Positions 1 through 6,511 are shown, counted from the stretch's first letter. The stretch is DNA of 41,797 nt from a virus (IMGVR_UViG_3300046714_000079:1-41797); one strand, 5' to 3'. Program-made: numbers and translations. The notes: a model not told the origin generated them from the sequence alone.

Positions 1-127
1 TTCTTTTCCGGCCCATCCGGCATGGATTTCATTTGTGCGCGAAGATGCTTGCGCGTGATGGCGTAGTCTGCGGTGGTCATCGCTCGCGCCCCGCGTAGAC
101 CGCCGTCTTGTCGAACTTGCGCCATGC
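1..127. repeat. Left copy of a 127-bp exact terminal direct repeat (identical to 41671..41797)
   Basis: Read directly: both ends carry ttcttttccggcccatccgg...gtcgaacttgcgccatgc. The repeat lies inside coding sequence, so it most likely marks closure of a circular or circularly permuted genome. Confidence 0.95.
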
Positions 128-439
128 CCGAATCGTGCGAGGCTTTTTAATCCCCATGTGGCGCTTGCGGATGCGGTCTATTTTCGCCTTCTCGCCAACG
201 TCGGCGCTGGTCTTGACCTTGTGGGCGTCGCGCAGGGCTGGTGCCAGGTTGAATTCAGCGTGCTCGCCGCCGTTGCAGAGCGCGACCTTGTGCTCCAGAT
301 CCCAATAGTCGGCGGGCACTATCTTGCGGCCTGTCAGATAGCAGCGGCCATCATAGGCAAGGAAAATCCGCATCCGCACATGCGGAGGGACTTTCGTATC
401 GGGCGTCTTGCCGCGCCACTCGGGGATGCTGCGGCTCAT
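77..439 (-). CDS. HNH endonuclease
   Basis: ORF 77..469 trimmed to the ATG at 439 (MSRSIPEW...), which overlaps the upstream stop as ATGA. H-N-H core: EHKVALCNGGEHAEFNLAPALRDAHKVKT. Confidence 0.85.
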   Translation of the reverse strand: MSRSIPEWRGKTPDTKVPPHVRMRIFLAYDGRCYLTGRKIVPADYWDLEHKVALCNGGEHAEFNLAPALRDAHKVKTSADVGEKAKIDRIRKRHMGIKKPRTIRAWRKFDKTAVYAGRER

Positions 440-960
440 GCTGGCACGATCTCCGCGGCGCGCTTCCACACCTGATAGCCGAGCACGAGCTCGGACCAGC
501 CGACGTTGTCCGACTTGATGTCGGCGCGGCTCTTGATCTTGCAGTGATGGCGGATGACATCTGCCGCCTCGTCCGGATCTGGAATCGGCATGTCGAATTT
601 CTCGGCGAGAAACAGCCGGAAGGCTCGATCCTGGGAGAGCATGCCGGCTTGTTGCGGGAGCGGCATTTCGGCGAATGGACGCTTGTCCGCCCCGCTCGGG
701 GCGCGGGTCAGGGTCGAGCGGGGCGGGGTAACAACTGGGCTGGGTGGGGATACGACCCCGGCAATTGCATCACCTTCCTTTCCTTGCTTGAGCCTCGCGA
801 TACCGCACCACACTTCATGCGCGGCAATCGGCATCCCGCCGAGCACTTGATAGGCCGTGTCTGCCTGTTCCAACGGAAGCTCGAACACGACCTGAACGAC
901 CTTGCGCCCCTTCACGATGCGCCAGTCGGAATAGGTGGCTTGGAATGCTGCGGCGGTCAT
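436..960 (-). CDS. hypothetical protein (recombination-module neighbour)
   Basis: 174-aa ORF, ATGA-coupled at both ends, between the Rad52-type annealing protein and HNH. No family recognised. Confidence 0.7.
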   Translation of the reverse strand: MTAAAFQATYSDWRIVKGRKVVQVVFELPLEQADTAYQVLGGMPIAAHEVWCGIARLKQGKEGDAIAGVVSPPSPVVTPPRSTLTRAPSGADKRPFAEMPLPQQAGMLSQDRAFRLFLAEKFDMPIPDPDEAADVIRHHCKIKSRADIKSDNVGWSELVLGYQVWKRAAEIVPA

Positions 961-1622
961 GCTGCTGCCTTACCCTTCAATCGGGCCATGTGATCCATAA
1001 CGGCGGCTTTCAACGCGTCGGTATCGGCTTGCGTGAGGCCGATAGCGCGGCGGGCTGCTTTCTCGAAATCAGAATTCCACCAATCGCTAAGCGCGCGGGG
1101 CTCCAAGAAGTCCTCTATCTTTTTGAGGGCCGTAACCTTGAACCGCGTAAGACTCTCGTCTTCCGGCTCTGCAACGTTCGTCTGCTCCTTGTCATACAGC
1201 GCCAGCCCGAAGGGATTGCCGAACGTCATCAGCGCGCGTTTTCGGCTATCGCTCTCCGCTTCCTTGATGGCGGACTCGTGGGCTTGGCCCAGGTCAACGT
1301 CGATCCCGTGGCCAGCGCCGACGCCTTCGCGGATCACAAGGCTGTCGCCGGCAAACGCCACGACACGCACCTTGGCGGTGTAGGACACGCCCCACCCGTC
1401 CTTGGTGTTTGGCTCGCGGCCGATCTTGCGCTCGCGCTCCGACACGCATTTGATCTCGACCGTTTCGCTTGACCAGCCGTCAAAGCCGAAGATGCGGTTC
1501 GCTTCCGAGATGGCAACCCAGCTCTCGACGTAGCTAAGCTGTCGTCCGGCCTGTGCGCGCTGCTTGACGTTTGACCGACTAAGCGGCGCGGCGAGTTGTG
1601 ATTTTTGTTCGGTCGTGAACAT
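957..1622 (-). CDS. Rad52/Rad22-type single-strand annealing protein
   Basis: LSYVESWVAISEANRIFGFDGWS ... ESDSRKRALMTFGNPFGLALYDK resembles Rad52/22 recombinases. Start moved to ATG 1622, behind a GGGAG RBS and 1 nt after the upstream stop. Confidence 0.8.
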   Translation of the reverse strand: MFTTEQKSQLAAPLSRSNVKQRAQAGRQLSYVESWVAISEANRIFGFDGWSSETVEIKCVSERERKIGREPNTKDGWGVSYTAKVRVVAFAGDSLVIREGVGAGHGIDVDLGQAHESAIKEAESDSRKRALMTFGNPFGLALYDKEQTNVAEPEDESLTRFKVTALKKIEDFLEPRALSDWWNSDFEKAARRAIGLTQADTDALKAAVMDHMARLKGKAAA

Positions 1623-1623
1623 G

Positions 1624-1857
1624 CTAGACTCCCAATTCCTTCTGGCCTTCACGACGCGGCGACCATAGCGGGCAATACCCGACGTTGATCGATACGCATT
1701 TGTTGTACGGCTCCACGGCCATCCATTGCGTAGGCGCTACCGGCGAAAGACCTTCCAGCCGCGGAAACTTCACGCACAGCCACCGCTGATAGGTCTGCTT
1801 GCGCGTCTCCATGTGGACGTGGTCGCAGGTTTCGCATGGGGTCGGGCGCGTGCTCAC
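1624..1857 (-). CDS. hypothetical Cys-rich protein
   Basis: 77-aa ORF with a GTG start overlapping the upstream stop (GTGA). Contains CETCDH and further Cys residues. Confidence 0.55.
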   Translation of the reverse strand: MSTRPTPCETCDHVHMETRKQTYQRWLCVKFPRLEGLSPVAPTQWMAVEPYNKCVSINVGYCPLWSPRREGQKELGV

Positions 1858-2051
1858 TCGGCGGCCACCAGATGACTGACCGGCTCATCAATCCGCCGCA
1901 GCAATCGCTCGAGCTGCGCGCTCGCCAATGACAGATCCTCCCGTTCCCGAACGATCAGCGGGCGGATGCTGGGATCAGCAAGGCCGTTCGACAGGTCGTT
2001 GAGTGAAATGATTAGCTTGTTGATCATGCTGCCGATGTCATCCTGGGTCAT
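1854..2051 (-). CDS. hypothetical protein
   Basis: 65-aa ORF, ATGA-coupled on both sides. Confidence 0.6.
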   Translation of the reverse strand: MTQDDIGSMINKLIISLNDLSNGLADPSIRPLIVREREDLSLASAQLERLLRRIDEPVSHLVAAE

Positions 2052-2236
2052 GCCTGCCCCCTGTGTCGCAGCAAGTTCTCCATTGCCTTCTTTCCATTCA
2101 AATAGAGAGCTTCCGTTGCAACCTCATCCTCCGCGGGATCGCCGCGGAGGAAACGCCGGTCTTGGGTGGCGGTCGCTACGGCGTCAACGAGCCAGTCCGC
2201 CCAATAATCCGATGAAGCCTTATCCCGATTGTTCAT
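2048..2236 (-). CDS. hypothetical protein
   Basis: ORF 2048..2248 trimmed to ATG 2236 (MNNRDKASSDYW...), which overlaps the upstream stop as ATGA. Confidence 0.6.
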   Translation of the reverse strand: MNNRDKASSDYWADWLVDAVATATQDRRFLRGDPAEDEVATEALYLNGKKAMENLLRHRGQA

Positions 2237-2550
2237 GACAACCTCCACACCACGGCCTCGCGCCCGCTCTTGGTGCGGCGCGTCGTGCCGCTGTTTACGA
2301 TCTCGCCCATTAGCTCCAGTTCGCGCCTGCGAGGCCGCTCGGTGTTGCCGCCCATGTCGAGGGCGAACATCATTTCCTCATCGGTCGCGCCTTGTGGGCA
2401 TGTCTTGAGATGATCGAGAATTTGCCGGTGCAACGGCCCGACGCTTTTCTTGATCGACTGCGCGGCTGCGAGGCTGGTCGGTGAATGCGCCTGCGCTGGT
2501 GGATCGCCTCGATAGGGCGGGGCCACATAGTCGAAGAGGTCCCCGTTCAT
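2233..2550 (-). CDS. hypothetical protein, possible winged-helix DNA-binding protein
   Basis: ORF 2233..2688 trimmed to ATG 2550 (MNGDLFDYVAPPY...). The upstream part of the ORF is low-complexity, and two small coupled ORFs occupy that space in another frame. Confidence 0.6.
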   Translation of the reverse strand: MNGDLFDYVAPPYRGDPPAQAHSPTSLAAAQSIKKSVGPLHRQILDHLKTCPQGATDEEMMFALDMGGNTERPRRRELELMGEIVNSGTTRRTKSGREAVVWRLS

Positions 2551-2660
2551 CGCACGATCTTCTCTGCTATCTGCCCCCACACGGCCAACGTCAGACAAAT
2601 GAGCCCAAGGGCTACGAGGGCTTGAACAATGATGGGGGTGGGATCGGTCGGGCGGATCAT
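2547..2660 (-). CDS. small membrane protein (37 aa)
   Basis: Below the ORF-track cutoff; hand-translated as MIRPTDPTPIIVQALVALGLICLTLAVWGQIAEKIVR. ATGA overlaps at both ends. Confidence 0.5.
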   Translation of the reverse strand: MIRPTDPTPIIVQALVALGLICLTLAVWGQIAEKIVR

Positions 2661-2803
2661 CGCACTGGCCCCTGTGCTGCGAGTTCATGCGCCATGCCGA
2701 GAGACGGGCAGATGCGCGGGTCGCCGCCGACCGTGATGCCGTAGACGAAATACTCGTTGCCGACGTGGTAGATTTCGATGGGACCGTTTTTGAAGATGAG
2801 CAT
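2657..2803 (-). CDS. hypothetical protein (48 aa)
   Basis: Hand-translated as MLIFKNGPIEIYHVGNEYFVYGITVGGDPRICPSLGMAHELAAQGPVR. Start and stop are both coupled to neighbours. Confidence 0.5.
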   Translation of the reverse strand: MLIFKNGPIEIYHVGNEYFVYGITVGGDPRICPSLGMAHELAAQGPVR

Positions 2804-3036
2804 CACGCGGCCTCCATCCGCCGCCGCAGATCAGCCCGCCGGTAAACGTGCTCAATCGAGGCGACAGGCTTGCCGTTGATGACGATCATGTCGTCGTCGC
2901 AGTCCACATCGTCGGGAGAGACGTGAAACCATGCCGCGATCACCTCGCTGGTGGGCGCCCACACATCGGCAAGCCGCTGATACCAGCCACGGTGAATGAC
3001 CTTGCCGGTGGAGATGTCGGTGACGGTGATTTGCAT
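2803..3036 (-). CDS. hypothetical protein, first gene of the leftward early operon
   Basis: ORF 2803..3093 trimmed to ATG 3036 (MQITVTDIS...) behind GAGG. The longer form would begin inside the predicted PL-like promoter. ATG 3048 is an alternative. Confidence 0.55.
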   Translation of the reverse strand: MQITVTDISTGKVIHRGWYQRLADVWAPTSEVIAAWFHVSPDDVDCDDDMIVINGKPVASIEHVYRRADLRRRMEAA

Positions 3037-3061
3037 GGCGGGCCTCATCTGCTGATGAAAA

Positions 3062-3121
3062 CCGTTGTACACCCCATGCACATCGATAGTCAAGCGTCTT
3101 TGTGCGTCCGATGTACAAATA
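3062..3121. promoter_or_regulatory. OL-like operator pair (two TGTACA palindromes at 3066..3071 and 3112..3117)
   Basis: Same GGTGTACA-type motif as at OR. One copy overlaps the -10 of the leftward promoter. Confidence 0.5.
3065..3093 (-). promoter_or_regulatory. PL-like early leftward promoter
   Basis: Minus strand reads TTGACT-N17-GTACAA. It is 22/28 identical to the rightward module at 3530..3557. Confidence 0.5.
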
Positions 3122-3133
3122 TTTTAGGAGGGT

Positions 3134-3472
3134 CTAACTGGCCCGCAAAAGGGTCTTGGCGATGTCCACCAACTGCCGGCGCTGGGCGCGGGTGGCGTGG
3201 TCCCAGATCGACCAGATCCCATCCGGATCGTCCGGATTGCGGATGAGCAGGGACGCAACGTCGGTTCCCAGCGCATCCGCGAGCGACTCAAGTAATACCT
3301 GATTGTAGGGCTGTTTGCCACGTTCGATGCGGCTCAGCGTGGCGTGAGTGACCCCGACGCGCTCGGCGAGCTGCTCGAGGGTGAGGCTGCGGTGCGTGCG
3401 CCAGGCACGGATTTGCGTCTCACCGTAACGCGGCTGAGGCTTGAGCCTGGAAATGACCCTCGGTTGGCCCAT
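3134..3472 (-). CDS. CI-like repressor, XRE-family helix-turn-helix
   Basis: ORF 3134..3922 trimmed to ATG 3472 (MGQPRVISRL...). HTH: LTLEQLAERVGVTHATLSRIERGKQ. Divergent from a Cro-like gene. No SD, so possibly leaderless. Confidence 0.8.
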   Translation of the reverse strand: MGQPRVISRLKPQPRYGETQIRAWRTHRSLTLEQLAERVGVTHATLSRIERGKQPYNQVLLESLADALGTDVASLLIRNPDDPDGIWSIWDHATRAQRRQLVDIAKTLLRAS

Positions 3473-3478
3473 GTGTGC

Positions 3479-3507
3479 AGGATGCACGGGCGCCCCGAGA
3501 GCGTAAA
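3479..3507 (-). promoter_or_regulatory. PRM-like weak maintenance promoter (tentative)
   Basis: Minus strand reads TTTACG-N17-CATCCT, ending 6 nt before the repressor ATG. An operator lies just upstream of the -35. Confidence 0.3.
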
Positions 3508-3515
3508 CGACATCT

Positions 3516-3557
3516 GGTGTACAAGAGCCTTGACCATCACTGTGCGCCGGGTGTACA
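3516..3557. promoter_or_regulatory. OR-like operator pair (GGTGTACA at 3516..3523 and 3550..3557)
   Basis: Two identical 8-mers 34 bp apart in the repressor/Cro intergenic region. The second overlaps the PR -10. Confidence 0.55.
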
Positions 3558-3558
3558 T
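3530..3558 (+). promoter_or_regulatory. PR-like early rightward promoter
   Basis: TTGACC-N17-GTACAT. The predicted start site falls within a few nt of the Cro-like ATG, so the mRNA may be leaderless. Confidence 0.5.
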
Positions 3559-3566
3559 TGCCCGCC

Positions 3567-3794
3567 ATGCATCTATCCGACTTCATGGCTTCGCGCAAAC
3601 TGACCGACGAGGATGTGGCCGCCGGGATTGGAAGGTCGCGCGTCTCTGTCAGCAGGTATCGCCGCCGTTTGGTGCGGCCGGACTGGGACGCGATCGAGAC
3701 GATCAAGGCGTTCACCGGGGGCGCTGTGCTGGCTGACGACTGGACCGGCCCGCTCGATGAGCCTGCGCGCGAGCCCGCAGAGGCCCGCGCATGA
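3567..3794 (+). CDS. Cro-like small DNA-binding protein
   Basis: ORF 3558..3794 (TTG) trimmed to ATG 3567. MHLSDFMASRKLTDEDVAAGIGRSRVSVSRYRRR looks like an HTH. Divergent from the repressor. Confidence 0.7.
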   Translation: MHLSDFMASRKLTDEDVAAGIGRSRVSVSRYRRRLVRPDWDAIETIKAFTGGAVLADDWTGPLDEPAREPAEARA

Positions 3795-4090
3795 CGCGGG
3801 AGCCGAACCAAGTCGCCCATCCCTGCCCCCTGATTGTATTCCGCTACGGTAGGGTACGGTACGGTGCGACCACGGGATGGAACAACGCGGTAATTTACGT
3901 AGACAACCTGACCTGCGGGCAATCAACCCCCGGTGAATCTTTACGGCGCCGAAATACGGTTGCGTTGCGGAACCTCGCGCAACACATCCGCTGGCCCACC
4001 GCCGGCTACCGCAACAGGGCAATGACAGCGGGCGGGTTTTCCCCGCAAACCCCAATAGGCCGATCTGCCGCATTGACAGGCTTTTGCCGG

Positions 4091-4354
4091 TCAACCTTCC
4101 GAGATTGCGGGACATTTCTTGCGATTCAAGCGGCGAAGTTGGTCCATTTCGAACGATTCGATCCGCTTGGCTTCCCCGCGCCAGATGTCCTCTGTCCGGG
4201 TATACGACCACCCAAGTTTGTGCGCCGCACGCTTGATGCAAGCTTGGATAGTATCGTCGTATCCGCGCTGTCCTGCCGCAAGGCGCACCAGCGCCGCCGC
4301 CTCGGATCGTGCCGCCTCCCGCAGTGCGGCGACCGCCTCTCGCCTCGGCATCAT
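4091..4354 (-). CDS. hypothetical protein (opposite-strand moron in the early right arm)
   Basis: 87-aa helical, charged ORF. GC3 is lower than in core genes. The antisense 211-aa ORF looks non-coding. Confidence 0.5.
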   Translation of the reverse strand: MMPRREAVAALREAARSEAAALVRLAAGQRGYDDTIQACIKRAAHKLGWSYTRTEDIWRGEAKRIESFEMDQLRRLNRKKCPAISEG

Positions 4355-4422
4355 CCGTTCTCATCTGGCACCGGAAGTTCCCAATGTCGGGGCAAGTTCG
4401 TCCGAGATTTCGGGAGGACGGC

Positions 4423-4695
4423 ATGAGGCTCATCGCATTCGCGATCTATCTCGGCATTGGCGCGATGCTTCACGCACTGTTCGTCGGCGCGCAATTCGAT
4501 TGGACATCGGCGTGGACTTTCGGATGGCTGTTCGGCTGGCCGATCATGCTGTTCGTCGCAGGCTGGACGTTCGCTCTCATAGTCTGCGTCGGCGCCGGCA
4601 TCGCATACGCGATCTGGTCTTGGCTTGAGAGCATCGCCGAGTGGCGCGAGCGGCGCCGCAAGCAGCGCGCCCGAAGCGCGAAGCTGACGACCTAG
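4423..4695 (+). CDS. small integral membrane protein (about 3 TM, basic C-tail)
   Basis: ORF 4309..4695 trimmed to ATG 4423 behind GGGAGGA. MRLIAFAIYLGIGAMLHALFV...GWLFGWPIMLFVAGWTFALIVCVGAGIAYAIW. High GC3. Confidence 0.7.
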   Translation: MRLIAFAIYLGIGAMLHALFVGAQFDWTSAWTFGWLFGWPIMLFVAGWTFALIVCVGAGIAYAIWSWLESIAEWRERRRKQRARSAKLTT

Positions 4696-4780
4696 CGCAA
4701 TGAAATCCCGGACGACCTCCAAGTCCTGAAACCCGATCCAAGCTTCGACAGGCTCAGAAATGCTCATCGCGCAGCGCCAT

Positions 4781-4976
4781 CCGAGCGAGACAGACAGCAG
4801 AGGGCAATCTGCCGTCCGCTCGCTCGGTACGCAGGCTCGCGCGCGAACTGAAATCCGAATCTCGCCCCAGCCCGGCCGGGCTGACGGTGAGTCCAGCCGG
4901 CGGGTCGCTCCCCCGCCGCTCGTCGGCTGGAGCTACGCGCACTCGAGCTCGGCCACGGGGGCATCGGCTGGCCGAG
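4781..4976. other. Structured non-coding element: four consecutive GC-rich hairpins
   Basis: Stems: 4781..4789/4819..4827 (9 bp, with nested 4797..4801/4808..4812); a 16-nt perfect palindrome at 4868..4883; 4892..4898/4925..4931 with inner 4899..4904/4912..4917; and 4948..4955/4969..4976 (8 bp). Lies in a 320-nt gap with no credible ORF. Confidence 0.6.
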
Positions 4977-5016
4977 TTCGGGGCGCGCAAACTTCACCAC
5001 AACGGGGGAATTCATC

Positions 5017-5412
5017 ATGTACAGAACGATACAGGCCGCCGGAGAGACGGCAACGAACGACGCTCCCGCAGGCGAGAGCGAAGGCGCCCCTACCATCGGC
5101 GTCAGACTTTCCACTCTCGCTCGCGGGAGTGATCGGCACGAATGGTTCTACGCCGCGGCATGCTCCTTGCTCGGCAAGGACCCCGGTCTGCAACTCAACC
5201 TGCTCACCGGCTATCCGGTGTCGAGCTGCTCGGCCTACGTCCACAACGAATGGGCAAAGCGCCGCCGGCCGCCCGAGCATTTCATCCGCGCCGTCTGCCA
5301 TGTCGAGCAAGGGTTTCACAGCGCTTTCATGGGCGGCTGTGAGGCGCGGTGGTGGCTCGACTTTCAACATGCCGCGGAAATCGGCCGCAAGGTTCTGGAC
5401 ATAACGAGGTGA
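5017..5412 (+). CDS. hypothetical protein
   Basis: 131-aa ORF behind a GGGGGA RBS. The start codon overlaps the fifth TGTACA of the genome. Confidence 0.6.
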   Translation: MYRTIQAAGETATNDAPAGESEGAPTIGVRLSTLARGSDRHEWFYAAACSLLGKDPGLQLNLLTGYPVSSCSAYVHNEWAKRRRPPEHFIRAVCHVEQGFHSAFMGGCEARWWLDFQHAAEIGRKVLDITR

Positions 5413-5415
5413 GGG

Positions 5416-5931
5416 ATGCACCAAAACTCCACATGGACCGAAGCCCAGATCGAGCAACTCAAGACGCTCTGGTCTGACGGATCGTCGGCGACCGACATCG
5501 CCAAGCTGATGGGCCTTGCATCCCGGTCGGCCGTGCTCGGCAAGATCCATCGCCTCAAGCTCCCGAAGCGACGCGAGGCATGGAAGCCCGTTGCGCCTCC
5601 GAGGTCCGCGGTCGAGCTTGAGGCCCATTCTGAACGCGAGCGCGAGCGCATGCGGGAGAGGCGGGCCAGGAAACGCATGCGGTTACTCGCCAGCCCGCGC
5701 CTTGTGCCGGACGCCCCGCCCTCGCTTGTGCTCGAGTGCCGCCCTTGCTCGCTGCTCGAGCTGACACGCGAGCGATGCCACTGGCCGATGGGCGAGCCTG
5801 ACGAGCCAGGGTTCCATTTCTGCGGCGGAACTGCGCTCGCGGAGAAACCCTACTGCCACGGCCATTGCCTCATAGCATACAAGCCAAAACAGCCAATTCG
5901 GCGCGCACCGTTCATTTGGCGTGCAGCATGA
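5416..5931 (+). CDS. gcrA: GcrA-like cell-cycle regulator
   Basis: N-terminus WTEAQIEQLKTLWSDGSSATDIAKLMGLASRSAVLGKIHRLKLPKR and C-terminus CHWPMGEP...FCGG...PYCHGHCLIAY match the two conserved GcrA blocks. Confidence 0.85.
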   Translation: MHQNSTWTEAQIEQLKTLWSDGSSATDIAKLMGLASRSAVLGKIHRLKLPKRREAWKPVAPPRSAVELEAHSERERERMRERRARKRMRLLASPRLVPDAPPSLVLECRPCSLLELTRERCHWPMGEPDEPGFHFCGGTALAEKPYCHGHCLIAYKPKQPIRRAPFIWRAA

Positions 5932-6215
5932 CGGCCTCCGACATCATCCGCGAGGTGGCGGCCTCGCACGGGATTACCGTGGCTCAGGTCATGGGCAAGT
6001 CGATCGAGAGAAACCTGGTAGCGGCGCGAACCGAAATCGCGCGGCGGCTGGAGGCTGAGCGAGACCTATCCCATGGACAGATTGCTCGGCTTGTCGGTCG
6101 GTCCAAAAAGGCAATCAAAATCTACCTCAGGCCGGATTACCGGGCTCGGCGCATCACCCGCCAAAACGCACGCTCGAGATTGCTTCGGGAGCAGACATCG
6201 GGGATGCCGGCATGA
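5928..6215 (+). CDS. DnaA C-terminal (domain IV)-like HTH protein, stand-alone
   Basis: ORF 5865..6215 trimmed to ATG 5928 (ATGA overlap with the gcrA-like stop). IIREVAASHGITVAQVMGKSIERNLVAARTEIARRLEAERDLSHGQIARLVGRSKKAIKIYL resembles the DnaA DNA-binding domain. No AAA+ part. Confidence 0.6.
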   Translation: MTASDIIREVAASHGITVAQVMGKSIERNLVAARTEIARRLEAERDLSHGQIARLVGRSKKAIKIYLRPDYRARRITRQNARSRLLREQTSGMPA

Positions 6216-6511
6216 TCCCGCGCCTGGAACTCACCCCCGAAGAACTCGCCTACGCGAAATCGCGCTATCGCCCCAACATGCGCGACCGGGGGGCCGCTGC
6301 CATTGCGCGCGAGCTCGGCGTGTCCCGAGACGGATTGCTGCGCCACATCGATCCGGAATACCGGAAGAAACGCAACGCGAGCGCAGCGAAATGTATGGCG
6401 CGCAAACGTGTTCCGATCGACAGGCCGAGCGGCAGGCAATCAAACGACGCAAGGTATGCCGAAGCCCGCGCCAAGGTGACGCTTGCTCCCATGCCATGGG
6501 TGGACTGCTGA
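6212..6511 (+). CDS. hypothetical HTH protein
   Basis: 99-aa ORF, coupled at both ends. AAAIARELGVSRDGLLRHI is HTH-like. Confidence 0.6.
   Translation: MIPRLELTPEELAYAKSRYRPNMRDRGAAAIARELGVSRDGLLRHIDPEYRKKRNASAAKCMARKRVPIDRPSGRQSNDARYAEARAKVTLAPMPWVDC

Noticed and set aside
3473-3922. N-terminal 150-aa extension of the repressor ORF (3134..3922)
   Set aside because: The extension runs through the operator/promoter region and the divergent Cro-like gene, and is low-complexity. The XRE domain begins right after the ATG at 3472.
3573-4433. 286-aa minus ORF and 211-aa plus ORF (3791..4426) covering the post-Cro gap
   Set aside because: Both are Arg-rich, have mediocre GC3 and mutually overlap, and the plus ORF would fully overlap the more protein-like 4091..4354 gene. 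The plus ORF does start with an ATGA overlap on the Cro-like stop. A short real N-terminal peptide therefore cannot be excluded, but I could not support it.
4760-5404. 214-aa plus ORF and 231-aa minus ORF (4933..5628) spanning the hairpin region
   Set aside because: Ser/Arg/Ala/Pro-rich translations. They overlap the better-supported ORF 5017..5412 and the GcrA-like gene. The region is better explained as structured non-coding DNA.
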